Below are positions 1 to 13,480 of a stretch of DNA of 64,000 bases, in pieces (positions within the stretch are counted from its first letter, which is position 1; each line of letters begins with the position of its first letter). The stretch lies in assembly GCA_024137785.1 (NCBI GenBank), contig JAHRHZ010000046.1:16799431-16863430 (forward strand), in the 5' to 3' direction. Under the pieces are notes generated by a model that saw only the letters and a program-made list of their open reading frames with translations, was not told the DNA's origin and did not search any database. This stretch comes from Ginglymostoma cirratum. Lineage: Eukaryota. A program made the position numbers and the translations under genes.

Positions 1-372
1 ACATGTGACTACAATAAATCAAATCAAACTTTCTACTTATTTACTAGCTTTCACCACTTGCAAATGTTTTAATTATTTAGATCAAGCTGTAACAAGGAAA
101 GATTCCTCTTAGCCCAGCCCAACATTCATCTACTTTTACCAAACTGGTGGTCAGATTGTTTGAATCAAGCATCAATCCTTAGATTTTTCCAAAAAATACA
201 TGAATGGTTCTAAGCCTGCTTTAACTCAATTTTATTTGTGTTCTCATTCTGTTTACCTTGCGCATTTTGAATTATTGTACATTGAGACATGATAAGGTGG
301 TCGCAGGTGTATACAATTCAGCAATTATAAAAAAATCCATTCAAGCAGAAGGTGAAAAAGAAATTATTAAAC

Positions 373-472
373 GAGTTCTGAAGATGATGTTGGACTGAAA
401 ACAAAAATGTTAACACTCTATCTCCCCAGTTGTTGCCAGACCTGCTGAGATTGTCCAGCATTTTCTGTTTTT
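373..472 (+). mobile_element. Older copy of the 100-bp hammerhead-headed element
   Basis: GAGTT-CTGAAGA...TGAAA...TGTTAAC...TGCCAGACCTGCTGAG...TCCAGCATTTTCTGTTTTTATT, collinear with 10282 and 24859. Confidence 0.65.
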
Positions 473-3400
473 ATTATTATTATGCACATGACCTTGGTAC
501 ATTAGGAGCATGTTACTGGCTTTGCAGAGAATGCAAAGGAACATTTCCAATCTATTACTGTGAATTTTAGCAGGAAGCTAACTTGAGATTTTTTTTAAAA
601 AAACTGGACAATTGGAGATGGATTTGAAGTAATATCAGGAGGATGTCTCTTAGACGTGAGTTGGGCATTTCTCGTTAACAGATCATGAAGGTGGTTTAGT
701 CCTGAAATGCTGTAGATTAACAGATTTAAAAATGAATGCATTTCCCTTTCAACATGCCTCCTCTTGAAGAGGAGAACAGAAATAATATTTCTGTTCCTTT
801 AGTTACCAGTACCATATACCATTCCTTACACTAGAGGTTGTTCAAGAAAGCTGTGACACTGGGATGGATTTTACAGCTGTAAATTGTGCAGACTGTTCTC
901 TTATTCTTAAGTACGACTTAAGTATTCTTAAGTACAAGCCCTGCTTGTCTCCTATAATATGTAAGGCAAGTGTGGACAGAATCAGAAGCCCACACACCAT
1001 TTTACAAAAATCGATTTTCATTAATTATTGAACTTTTAAATAAAAGTTGACTACTTTTCATTGGCCACTCCAACTTTTGCCAGTTGTGTGGGGGAATGTT
1101 TGAAGTCACATATGCTAGGTTTGAGTAGACAACACAGGGCAGACATTAAGGCTTGCAAACAGGACCGTAGATGTATGTGGCAACAGTCTGCTGCTGAAGG
1201 TGACATTGTTTGGTTGTTAGGACACTCTATTTGTTCAGTTTTTATAGGCTGATATAACACTTGAGAGAGAGCCAAGGAGGTCTTCAAATTGGCGTCTGGA
1301 GCCACCTGGTTCATGGCATGACCACTGGTCTGCCAGCTGTCCTGCCCTAAATGCCCATTTAGGCCTTGAACTTCCCATTTCACAATGCAATTTGACTGGT
1401 ATTCCCTTTAGTTGGCATCTGATTCAAAATGGTGAAGGTGAGAATGAACACTGTCTTCCTCCCTTATCCAGCAAGAAAATGTAAAACCAATCCATTGTCT
1501 GTGTTGTGTATTAGCAGTGCAATAGCAGGCTGAAATATCTTGCCATGAAATGGGACATTTTATCAACCCAACTGGGAGAACGATTTTGCCTTTAACACCA
1601 TTTGTGAAAACCGAGTAACTTCTGGCCAAAACCCTTGCCAGACAGTGAGTAAATCTTGTTGAGTTGATGCATTTTAATTTTGTGCTTATGGAGGATTTTG
1701 CTTGACTTGATATTGGATTCAGTTGGCAAGATTAAATGAGACAGCAAGCAATTAAATGTTACAGCAATACTTCACAGTGGTAGTGGCAAGTCTTTGCTCG
1801 GTCAATGTATTGCAGTGAATGATTGTTTTACTTGGAGGCCCTTTTAAAAAAAAAAAAAAGCACTAATTTTGTTTTGAAGTTTGAGGAGCAGATTGCATAA
1901 TTTTCCAGCTTGCTTCGCAAAAGATCGCCCATTGCAAACCAAATTGTTGTTGAGTTTACCAGTTATTGTCAAAAAAAACTTGTCTAAAGAACAGTGGATA
2001 TTTTTCCTATTGACCTGTGTGGATTACAGAGATATTAGAAAATGCCAAACGTAGTGGTGAGATTCACAGAATATTAATGATGTTTCTGACCTGGGTGCTA
2101 ATGCTGAACTGTGACTGGGTTGTATTTTAACTTCAAGAAGACTTCAGTGGGAACTCAGCTTTTTCTGTAGATTTGCTGTGGTGCAGTCTTGAGAGGTTTG
2201 AGGAGCATGCTGGGCAAAACTTGCCAAAGCTGAGCCTTACTTTCGCTTCTCGTGTGTTCTGTACATGTATCGACAGGTTGCAGGGTCTGCTAGTTTCAAA
2301 GCACTGTGCAAATGTGCTGGAAAGCTGTAAATGGAGCAAGTCAACATCTTATTTTGTCACCTTGCGCAAACAACTCCTATTCTTCGGTGACTCAACAAAT
2401 TTCCAACTTAATCAATTTAATTCTAAAATAACACTGCGGTGCCGTAGTAGCCCTCTTCATTATGTGTGGACCAAAAGACTGCGTGCACCTTGGAGAGGTG
2501 ACATTTGAGAGCTGCACAGGCAATGCCCTAAACTTGGAGAATAATTTGACAAAGATCCATGTCTTTATACGTGAGATATCCACCCATTTTGATCTGAGTT
2601 TGACACAGTAAAATTCATTTTCCAAAGAAAATTGCAATTCTATTTCTGTTATAATTTTGGGAATGTTAAAAGCCTCGCCATGTCAAAACTCTATCCTCCC
2701 AAATAATTAATTTCTGAAGAAGGATGATATAATTGAACGTGATGCAGAAGATTGAATACTGTAAAATATTAAATCTGAGAGATTGCTGTGTCGTGGGAAT
2801 GGCTTGCGAATGAGGTTTTTGAAGAGGGATCTTTACAATCCCTGTAGCCTGAATTGGAAAACAATATATTATTGGCTAAGAATTGACATGAATTTTCAGT
2901 GTGTAAGTTATATTGTTCGCTTCCTGAATTGTTCATTGGACTGGGTTGGGTCATGCCTCACTGGGATAGTATACTGGAAATCAACTCCCAGGATCATCAC
3001 AAAAGTTAGCTTCCACAGAAGTATGTAAAATTCCCCAATTTACTTGTCTTTTAGAAATAGGCTAATCATGTGGACCAGGTTTCTGTACTTAATAAAAATT
3101 GCGTTATATTCCAAGTGAATACAATTTAACTACAAGTACACAGTTATGAACCATTGACACAAGTCTACTAATTAAAACTCTATATAAATCCTTCATAAAC
3201 TCCTTTATACACAGTTACGCATGCACAGATGGACAGAGGTAAAACTAGGAAAGGCGGTTTAATGGTCTCGGTTTGTAGGATCTGCTAAGATGATTCTTGT
3301 GCTGATCAAAACACTGCTCCCTGATCTTCCTTCTCCAGGTGTTTCCACTGGTTTGCAGGAGGCACAGGGAGCAGGTTCATATTAATAAAAGGTCTCTGGT

Positions 3401-4386
3401 GAATTAAATAAAAGTCACGACTTAGAGCTACTGCTGAAGGAAGAATAAACCTGGTTTTCTTCAGGCTTAAAGTAGCATTTACTGTAGCAAACTGTAGTTG
3501 TATATTTCTCACTTGCTTTCTCACAGCTCCAAGCTGTTCAGCTATTGGAAAACTAATCACTTGGTCCTTGGCAGGCAGAAGGCCAAATCCACAAATAAAT
3601 CAGTTTCTTGATGCCAGCTGAAACTGCATTTCTGCACACTCCTCAGCTCTAACTGATCTGCAAACTACACTTCAATTACTGCTTGAACAAACAGCTCTAT
3701 AAACACTGCTAACAATAAGTGTCTGATTGCTTGCTGTAAAAAAAAACTACAGTAGTCTTTCAGCAAATTTTGGCTTTTACAGTAGTTCTTTTCCAATTTC
3801 AGTGCACAATCAAAGATGTAGGAAAAGTAAAGGTCTTTACAGTTGTTACAAAGCCTGACAGATTAAGGAATTCCTGGGTTGGATCACTTATGTTGATTTT
3901 GCTGATTATGAGATTAGATTGTGCTTCAGAAGATGGAAAAATAGCATAAACTAATAATGGTGACATATTCTCTGCATTTGAAATCTTACAAACTACACTG
4001 TTTGAATCAAAAATGCAATTTGGCTTATATCGTGATGAAGTAAGTAGAAAATCATCCAAGATCACACAATAATTACTGTTTTTTTAAAGAACACAGTTTC
4101 TGTAGTAACACAAAGTTGTTGTTGACATTTACCTCTTGAATCTCTTTCCAATGTTCAGTCATCTCACAGACTTCCTCACACTGAAGTTAGCACCAAGAAA
4201 ACAAATCTGTTAATTGAGACAAGTGTTAATGGACTGCTACTTAACTGATTTGTTGCACTTCTTATGTATAAAGAGGAGTCTATACAATTTGTGTGTGCCA
4301 CTTGGTGTAATGCACGTAGCATCAGTCTAATTTAACGGTGATTATGTGCATTTTCAAGCAAAACCACATTTCTGAAAGGCACAAAC

Positions 4387-5075
4387 AGAGTCATAGAGCT
4401 GTACAGCAAGGAAACAGACCCTTCGGTCCAACTTGTCCATGCCAACCAGATGTCCTAAATTAATCTAGTCCCATTTGCCAGCATTTGGCCCGTATCCCTC
4501 CAAACCCATCTTAGTCATATACCTATTCAGATGCCTTTTAAATGGAATAATTGTACCACCTTCCCCCAACTTCCTGTGGCAGCTCATTCCCTACACACAC
4601 CGCCCTCTGTGTGAAAAAGTTGCCCCTTGGGTCCCCTTTGAATTTTCCCCCTCTCAGTTTAAACCTATGCCCTGTAGGTTTGGACTTCCTTATCCCAGGG
4701 AATAGACCTTGGCTATTCATCCTGTCCATGCCCCTCATGATTTTACAGATCTCTGATGCTCAGCCTGTGAGACTCCAAGGAAAATAGCCCCAGCCTATTC
4801 AGCCCCTTCATATGGCTCAAACCATCCAACCCTGGCATCATGCTTGTAAATATTTTCTGCACCCTTTCAAGTTTCACAACATTCTCCCTATAGCAGGGAG
4901 ACCAGAATTGAACGTAGTATGCCAAAAGTGGCCTAACCAATGTCTGCAACATGACCTTCCAACTCCTATACTCAATGCACTGACCAATAAAGGCAAGCAT
5001 ACGAAATATTATCTTAACTATCCCGTCTGCCTGCAACTCCACTTTCAAGGAACTGTGAACCTGCGCTCCCAGGTC
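4387..5075 (-). mobile_element. CR1-clade LINE 3' fragment (elasmobranch HER1-like)
   Basis: ORF 4743-5048 LVRPLLAYYVQFWSPCYRENVVKLERVQKIFTSMMPGL..LNRLGLFSLE; ORF 4538-4738 GHRFKLRGGKFKGDPRGNFFTQRAV; 3' end GGGTCTGTTTCCTTGCTGTACAGCTCTATGACTCT. Confidence 0.9.
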
Positions 5076-6204
5076 AACTTTGCTGAATGGAATAGAAATG
5101 CTTTTGTGTTAAATTATGCACATACATTGAGGATCTTGCAGCTCTTCAGTTCTAGAATTTGATGTTTCAGGTTTGTCTATTTATCAAAAGTTGCCCAAAT
5201 GGCTTTCTGCAAATTGCTTATCTGGATTCAGCAATTTTCATTTCATAGTTGCTGCAACTAAAATCGCCTGCCTCAGGACAGGCTGGATCTTGAACCTGAG
5301 GTACACACGTACATGGCTTCATACTGCACCATATCTGATGATGGATGCCTTTTAATTGTTTCATTTACTCCTTCCACCACCTTTAGACTATACTTAGAGT
5401 AGATGGTTGCTCTGTACGTTAGATTTTATTCAGCAGTCACTCAACTTAAACAGGTGAATAGCTGTGCAATGAAGCAATGCAGCCTAGTATTACTACATAA
5501 TATTACCAAATTGTAAAACGAGGGGCAAAGTAAAATAGGTTTAAACTTCATGCTTTGAAGGTTACAAAACCCTGGAGTCACATTTCAATGGTTGCTTGGT
5601 AGTGCTTTATTTTCCCCGATGCTACTTGCATCGACTGTTAAGAGTAATGAACCATCATTAGTGTTGCAGTTGAAAATTGTGCCAGCAAAAAAAAAGTGGC
5701 ATTCACTAACTCCTTTTGTCCCCAGACAAATTGCTGAGGTTGAACTATGCCATGAGTACCAGGGACTGTACATTATCTTTGAGACTCGAAAAATCATGCC
5801 CATAGTAATTTCTGGTAGTGTTTTCATATTTCTCTTTAAAGATTTTAAACATTTACAGTCTCTGCCTCATTACATTCAAAGGAGGCATTCCTCACAAAAA
5901 CAAATAGCGCATCACCAAGGAGCCATTGAGATATGGCTCTAGGGCTTCTCTGCTTATCAGGAAGTTTAGTATCTGCTATATTTTATTGTATTACACTTTA
6001 ATAATTTGATGAAGTAATATTAATGGGATACATTGTTTCATTGCACAGTTAGTTTGCTTTGGTTGAGGGCTTGCTACATTAAGTAATTGAATTTTAAAGT
6101 TTCAACCTACTATTTTGTATGTTCTTTTATATTTGGGAATCAAGTTAATGTAGGAACTTTCCCTCTGACATAGCAGCTATAGCTCTTTTGATAGGATATT
6201 TATT

Positions 6205-6545
6205 TAAATCAGATTATACGTTCAAGTCCTACTCCTAAGATTTCTGCACATAATGCAGGCTGACATTTTGGTGCAATACTTGGAAAGTGCAATATTGCTG
6301 GTGGCACTGCCTTTTGGATAACATGTTAAGCTGAGGCCTCGTCAGGAGGATGAAAATGATCCATGGTACTGTACATGGTGACAATTTATTCTTGGAGCAT
6401 GTGAAACAGACTATCTGATTATTTATTTCCCTGCATTTGTAGGAGCTTGTTTGTTTTGTATTCTAAGTTATCATAGAGACTACACTTCAACTATAAAGCA
6501 TTTTAACATCCTAAGGGAGCGAAAGGCACGTTATAGATGCTTTTA
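6205..6545 (+). mobile_element. Deu-domain SINE (SacSINE1/AmnSINE1-like)
   Basis: GTTCAAGTCCTACTCC..GCACATAATGCAGGCTGACA..GTGCAATACT..TGCCTTTTGGATAACATGTTAAGCTGAGGCCTCGTC resembles the recalled Deu core; tail AAAGGCACGTTATAGATGC. Confidence 0.7.
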
Positions 6546-7157
6546 ATTTTTTCTTTATCTTGCTAAATCTCTCTTCCTGAGCAAACATTTAATCTGCTAA
6601 ACACCATTGAGAATCAACTGCTGGCTACTTATCTAAGCTCTCTGGTTCCATGTTCTTCAGAAGGCCAGACTGTGTGAATTTAGTTTGCAAAATCCTACAT
6701 TTCCATTGCCCTGATTGACATTTGGCTCCACTTACTCCTTGTCATCTGTGTCAACTTTATAATTTGCATGATCTGTCGTCTTTCATCTTTTCTCATAATT
6801 CCACCTATCTGCATTTTCCTTTTTGTTGCATAACCATGGTTTTGTTTTTCATCTAATTCAAAATGTTCTCACCGAGACAACAGCAAGTTCCACAAAATTA
6901 TTTTTTTAATTTGTTTGCTATAGCATTTTCTGTCTTCGTGCTGGTACTTGCTCAAGATGAGTTGGATGACACCAGAATATTGACCATCAGAGGTGGTTGC
7001 CACGACCTCAGTCTTGTTCACATGAATATACAGACCTTCAAGCAGAAATCACTGGAAAGTTATCAGAAGCAGGAGTGCTGATAATGTTCTCTACCATTAT
7101 TTCTGAAGGAAGCTGTGGTCAAATATAGTACCTTTAACATATGCAGTCAATAAAACT

Positions 7158-7340
7158 GTTGTAGCCCTACAGGATCGCAGTAGGGCTATTCTGTCATAGA
7201 GACAGATGACCAATGGTGGTTTAACCTGAGGGTCACCATGCCTTAGGTCAGAGGGAGGGAGAGATTAAGAAGTAAAGCAACGTCAACTGGTGGGGGAATT
7301 TAACCCTGTTGGCGTTACTCTGTAAATTAGCTGTCAAGCC
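7158..7340 (-). mobile_element. Short tRNA-headed SINE-like repeat
   Basis: Minus strand starts GGGGGTTGGTTAGCTCAGCTGGCTTGACAG (A box)...GGGTTAAATTCCC (B-box-like); ends in hairpin AGCCCTAC..GTAGGGCT. Confidence 0.6.
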
Positions 7341-7654
7341 AGCTGAGCTAACCAACCCCCTAAAGTATTGAATAAGATTAGCTAACCCAGCAGATGGATT
7401 TAAACCATGAGAGGAAGCTCAGTGGTGTATTCCGTATTTTTATTCCTTACCTCACAGCTTTATCTACATAAACCATTGCCCCATTAACAAAAGAAAAGTT
7501 TATACTGTGCTAGCAGGTGATCACGCAACATTCATCAACAGAAATTCATAGAATATACAGCATTGAACAAATCATTTGGTTGAACCAAATTCAACTGGTT
7601 TTCACTGCCTTTCTCCTGAAACCACCCATATGGGTTTCGTTGATTAAAGATAGA

Positions 7655-8010
7655 AAGAATTTTCATTTATATAGCACGTTGCACAACATCGGTGCATCCC
7701 GCACTACTTTATTTCCATGAAGAATTTTGAAGAGCTGTCACTGTTATAATATTGACCATGGTAACTAGTCTGTATATAGGAAGGCCCCACAGAGGATTGT
7801 GATTATGACTAAATGATTAATTTTTAGTGATACTGGTTGAGGGATATTTATTGTCCAAGGCCATATGGATCCCACAGTCATCTTCCAAGTAAAGCAATGG
7901 GATCTTTTGTGTTTATCTGAAAGTGCAAGACATGGCCTTGTTTTAACATTTCACCCTCAGCACTGGATTGCTCAGATCTCTGGAGTGGGGCTTAAATCCA
8001 CAAGCCTATG
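7655..8010 (-). mobile_element. Deu-domain SINE
   Basis: CATTTATATAGCACGTTGCACAAC...CAATGGGATCTTTT...TCTGGAGTGGGGCTTAAATCCACAA, reverse of the 6205 type. Confidence 0.65.
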
Positions 8011-8551
8011 GAAGTGCTATGGCAGGAGATCACTTTGTATCACTAGAATGCCACATGCAACCTCATCTCTGATTGGGCTTTACAAGTGATCCTTTGATTA
8101 TAAAACCATGTGTTTGAAGAAAATAATCATTGCCTCACATCTGAATGTCTCAGTTACTGTCTGTAATATTGTCATTAGTATAGTTGTAGCAATTTCAACA
8201 CAAAACGTTGAATAGATTATCTGTTGATGCTTGATGTGTGGCCAGTAATTTGGTTGCATGGGATCAAGAGATTAGGATATGGGCCTAATAGACAGGATGA
8301 ATTCATCAGGTGTCTAGATAAAGTAGTTAGAGAAAAATTGTTTACATTGTCAGAGAGGACAAATTGTAAGGGGATTGGCAACAGAATAAAGGTGTGTGAG
8401 GGGGGTAAACCTTATTTTACATAATGGTTCAGATCTAGAGTTCAGTGCCTGAAAAAACCCGTTGAATCTTGCCTTTCAAAAGGGAATTAGATAATTACTT
8501 ATCAAAAAAAACTAGTGGAGTATGGGAAAATGGGATTATCTGGAGTTCTTA

Positions 8552-8801
8552 GAGATAAAAGGTACTGCAGATGCTGGAGAATCCGAGATAACAAGGTGTG
8601 GGGCTGGATGAACACAGCAGGCCAAGCAGCATCATAGGAGCAGGAAAGCTTGACATTTCGGGCCTAGACCCTTCTTCAGAAATAGGGGAGGGGAAGAGGG
8701 TTCTGAAATAAATAGGGAGAGAGGGGGAGGCGGATAGAAGATGGATAGAGGAGAGGATAGGTGGAGAGGAGGCAGACAAGTCGAAGAGGCGGGTTGGAGC
8801 C
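8552..8801 (-). mobile_element. 3' terminus of hammerhead-bearing PLE-type repeat
   Basis: Near-identical to 43509-43661 and 39988-40103; minus-strand CTGAAGA-AGGGTCTAGGCCC-GAAA-TGTC at 8679-8652. Confidence 0.85.
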
Positions 8802-8804
8802 AAT

Positions 8805-10690
8805 TAAGCCTATTTCAATGCAGAATGCAAGAGGGCATGCCAGGAGCAGCACCAGGCATACCTAAAAAAATGAGGTGTTAACTGGTGAAACTACCAAACA
8901 GAACTTGTCGCACACAAAACAGCAGAAGCAGCAAGTGATAGAGCTAAGTGATCCCACATCCAATGGATCAGATCTATGTACTGCAGTCCTGCCACATCCA
9001 GTCATGAATGGTGGTGGACAGTTAAACAAATCGTTGGAGGAGACCGCTCCACAAATATCCACAACCTTCTTGATGAAAGAACCCAATACGTCAGTGCAAG
9101 AGATAAGCCGAAGGAATTTGCAGCAATCATCAGCCAATTCGATTCACTCCACGTGACATCAAGAAATGGTTGGAAGCGTTGGGCACTAGAAAGCTTATGG
9201 GCCGGTGCAACATTCCGGCAGTAGTACTGAAGAATTGTGCTCCATTATGTGCTGCTGTCTGAGCCAAGCTGTTTTAGTACAGTTAGAACACTGGTATCTA
9301 TCCAACAATGTGGAAAATTGCCCAAGTAAACATCCTGTAAAGAAAAAGCAACCAATTACTGCTCCATCAGTCTGCTCTCAATAATAGTAAAGTGATGGAA
9401 GCTATCATCAACAATGCAATCAAACAGCACATTCTCAGTAATAACCTGGTCAATGATACCCAGTTTGCTTTCCACCATGGTCACTCAGCTCCTGACCTCA
9501 ATACAGTCTGAGTTCAAAAATGGACAAAATAGCTGAATTCCAGACATGAGATGAGAGTGACAGCCCTTGACATCAAGGCTACATTTGATTGAGTGTGGCA
9601 TCAAGGAGCCCATCAAAGTTAGTATCAATGGCTATCAAGGAGCAAACACGCTGTGAGTTGGAGTCATATCTGATAAGTAGGAAGATAGGTGTGGCTTTTG
9701 GAAGTCAATCGTTTCAACTCCAGGATTTCTCTGTAGGGGTTTCTCAGGGTAGTGTACTACGTCCAACCATCTTCAGCTACTTCATCAATAACCTTCCCTC
9801 CATCATAAGGTCAAAAGTGGGGATGTTCACTGATGATTGCAAAATGTTCAACACCATTCACAACTCCTCAGATACTGAAACAGTTCATGATCAAATGCAA
9901 CAAGATTCAGACAAGATCCAGGCTTGGGGTGGCAAGTAACTTTAGTGCCATACAAATGTGAGGCAGTGACCATCTCCTGGAAGTGATAATCTGTTCAGTG
10001 GGTGTTACGATCACTGAACATCCTTGAACATCCTGAACTATCAACATCCTTCGGGTTATCCATTGACCAAAAATTCAACCAAACTCACTACTTAAATACA
10101 GTGGCTACAACAGCAGGTCTAAGGCTAGGAATACTGCAGTGAGTAACTCACCATCTGACTTCCCAGTGTCTGTCCAACATCTACAAAGCACAGATCATGA
10201 GTTTGATGGAATAGTACCCATTTGTCTGGAAGGATGCAGTTCCAACAGCAGTCAAGGAGTCTGACACCATCAAGGACAAAGTTCTGAGGAAGGGTCACTG
10301 GAACCGAAACATTAACTCTGTTTTTTTCCTTCACAGATGGTGCCAGATCTGCTGAACTTTTCCAGCAACTTTATTTTCGTTCAGGACAAAGCAGCAGATA
10401 CATGAGAACACTATGTTCTGCAAGTTCCCTTCCAAGCCACTCATCATTCTGACTTAAAAATATCACTTTTTTTAAAAAATATATCGCTTTTCCTTCACTG
10501 TTGCTAGGTCAGAATCCTGGAATTTCCTCCTTAATGGCATTTTGGGTCAACCTACAGTACATGGACTGCAGTGGTTGCAGAAGGCAGCTCACCACCACCA
10601 CCACCACCACCTCAAGAACAGCTAGGGATGGGGCAAAAAATTCTAGCCAACCAGCAATGTTCATGCCCCTTGAGTGAATAAAAAAAAAGC
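8805..10690 (+). mobile_element. Decayed CR1-clade LINE (RT region to 3' tail)
   Basis: ORF 9589-9939 GVSQGSVLRPTIFSYFINNLPSIIRSKVGMFTDDC (RT motifs); upstream ALDIKATFD*VWH; ends TGAATAAAAAAAAA. Confidence 0.9.
10282..10382 (+). mobile_element. About 100-bp hammerhead-headed mini-element inserted in a LINE
   Basis: TSD AGGACAAAG 10273-10281 / 10383-10391; GTT-CTGAGGA-AGGGTCACTGGAACC-GAAA-CATT-AAC then CAGATGGTGCCAGATCTGCTGA...TCCAGCA. Confidence 0.82.
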
Positions 10691-10699
10691 TAAAATCCA

Positions 10700-11790
10700 A
10701 ATGCATTTGAAACAGTCCCATATGAGAAACCTGTAAGCGAAGTTAGAACTTGTGGAATAAAAGGTCCGTTGCAAAATTGATAGGAAACAAAGTCATATGT
10801 TTGGATATTTTTCAGGCTGGAGAATGGTTTGTAATGGAGTTCCCATGCGCTGGTGTTGGGACTCTTGCTTTTCCTCATCTATAATTAGTGTACAGTATAT
10901 AATTTGCAAGTTTGCAGATGATGAAAAAGCTTGGAAGCATTGTAAAGTGTATAGAACTTTCAAAGGATATTTATAAGTTGGTGAAATGGGCAGGGCAGGG
11001 CATATGGGAGGTAGATGAAGTTCAGTGTGAAGAAGTTTGAAGTGTTCCATTTTGGTAGAAAGAATATTGAGAAACAGTATAAAATACAAGGTACAATTCA
11101 AAAGGGTGTGCACAAACAGAAGTCTGGGTGTTTATGTGCATTTAAGGTGGCAGGAAGGTCAACAGAGCAGTTAGGAGAATCTGTACAGTCTTAAGCTTTA
11201 TAAGAATGGATGTAGAGTACATGAATAAGGAGGTTATTGTATAAGACAGTAGTTAGACCTCAGCTGGAGCTCTGTGCACAGATCTGCATACCATGTGTCA
11301 GGAAGGATGTGAACCTATTGCAGAAATAGCAGAAGAGGTTTACAGGAACACTTCCAGAGATTCCTTAGAGAAGAGATAGCCAAGAAGAAACTTGATAGAT
11401 GTTTACAAAATCATGAGGGGTCTGGACACTACAGAAAGAGAGAAATCATTCCATCTAGTAAAAGGGCCAAATACAAGATGGCATGGATTTTAAAGTAATT
11501 GCAAAAGAAGCAAATGCAATGAGAGAAGACATTTTCACAAAGTGATTAGTTAGGGTCTCGATTAGGGTCTGGCTTAAAGTCCCTAAAATTTTGATGGAGA
11601 TTGTCTTGACGGAACCTTTCCAGAGAAACTTGAGATGATTAATTGAATTGAAACAATGTTCAAGGTTGTGCAGGTATTGCAAAAAGGCAGGAGAATGGCA
11701 TGACGTGACATTGCTCATTCAGACAGCATTACAGGTATGATTTGCCAAATAACCCCAGGTACAGTGATAAATTTGTGAATTTATGCTCCA
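10700..11790 (+). mobile_element. Decayed CR1-clade LINE of another family (RT C-half and 3' end)
   Basis: TTTGCAAGTTTGCAGATGATGAAAAAGCTTGGA (KFADD-like), AAGACAGTAGTTAGACCTCAGCTGGAG (KTVVRPQLE), CAGAAGAGGTTTACAGG (QKRFT). Confidence 0.8.
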
Positions 11791-13139
11791 TCTTCACTTT
11801 TTTTTCCACCCTTTAAGTAAAAGTAGGTTCTGTCAGTAAAATAAACACACAAGGCCCTATAAGCATGTCTGACCAATGAGACCTTCAGAAAGCAATGCTG
11901 CAATAATTTTTGTTGCTTTTTTTATTTCTAAATTGTCTCTAAGCGACTACTCTTTCCATCGCGTATTGAGTTCTTGTATTGCTTGTGTGTAAAGTGCTGC
12001 ATGCAGAGTCAAATGTATCCAATTGTGCTTTTGAGGGAATATGTTTCAAAGTTCAAACAAGGTCAAATTTTGTGCAAACATTACAGCATAAACTTAAAAT
12101 GACAGAAAATATCTTTCCCAGAAATCAGTTTGATCTCTTTTGCTGCTTTTTGTGAAGATTACAGATTTAGTTCCGAGTTGTCTATGAATGACAGTCATCT
12201 TTTCTCCCAATTACCAATGGATTGGGGCCCTATCAGCTGGAGATATGGCCACCTTTGGCAGAGGCGCACACCAAAAAATTGCTGATACTGTTCAGTTGTG
12301 CACCGGTAGGTGGTGGAGACAAGCCAAATCACATCCCTTTGTTTGTCCTTAGCACCTTCTCTGTTCCATTGTACTGTTAGATTGTCTAGCTAATTGGAAT
12401 TTTTTGTGGCTATGTCATTGACATTTTCACCTCTTCTGTGCCCAATTGGAAATAACTTACACTGCAGCGCACTTTGTTAATTTGAAAAATACTAGATTAA
12501 ATGTTGTTGCTGTCATGAAATGTCATTTTCTGTGTGTTCTAAGATATTTTCCATAAACACTTTTTAAATGCTGTTCCCTTGTAGTTGAGAGCGGAACTAA
12601 CCTGCTCGTTACTTTTTGATGGTTAATGAGTCCCATATCAAAGCTCAGGATATGCAGATTCAGAAACCACATCTACACCATATGGTTAATGACTCTCTCA
12701 ATACACGCATTTCCACTGAGTGATACGGTTGATCAGATTACCTGTGGTTTAACTCCTAATGTCAGTGAAACACTGCTTAATTTTATTGCCAAAATTAGAG
12801 TATTCAATGTTATTTTGTTAACTTTTGCAAATTACTGTGTATATCATTGGTTGATGTTCTTTGTGACTTGCTGAGTGAATGTACTGCCCTTTGCAATGAT
12901 TTACGGGCAAAAAGGTGCCAGATATTGTTACTCAATCAAAGTAAGGCAACATAGAAGCTCCCCAGAATCTCTAGATTAGAAAGGGTAAAATCAAACTGCT
13001 GGACAGGGAATATGCAAACAGTTGGGACATCTTCCATGCTGAGATAGCTGCAGATATATATTGTGTCAGCACACCAGTAAGAGGCACATGAGTGAACTAA
13101 GAGTCCTAATGATTGCAATGGAATTTGAATGTTATGTGA

Positions 13140-13480
13140 GGGGGCATCTTTGGGGAGACAGTGGTCATGTCACCAGATCAAGGGACCCTGGTGATGTGGA
13201 TTCAAATTCCCTTATGTCAACTGGTGAAATTTTAATTCAGTGATTAAATCTGGAACCCAAAGCTGCTCATGTGGCTCTCAGTGAATGTAAAAGCCCTTCT
13301 GGTCGCTTGGGGAAGGAAATTGGCACCTTGGCCAATATACCATTTAAGACCAGCAATGTGGACTCTGAACGGCCCTCTACAGTGGTCTGGCACGTCAAGT
13401 CACTCCAAGGACAATTGGGCATGCACCAACAATTCCTTGCCAGCAATGCAGACCTTTCATGAAAGAATCAAGAAGAAATG
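13140..13480 (+). mobile_element. Older copy of the same SINE
   Basis: GGATTCAAATTCC B box, GGTGAAATTTTAATTCAG, AAAAGCCCTTCTGGTC, CAGCAATGTGGACTCT, same tail. Confidence 0.7.

Noticed and set aside
1051-1383. 110-aa minus ORF in a GC-richer patch
   Set aside because: No recognisable domain, splice or promoter support; length within chance.
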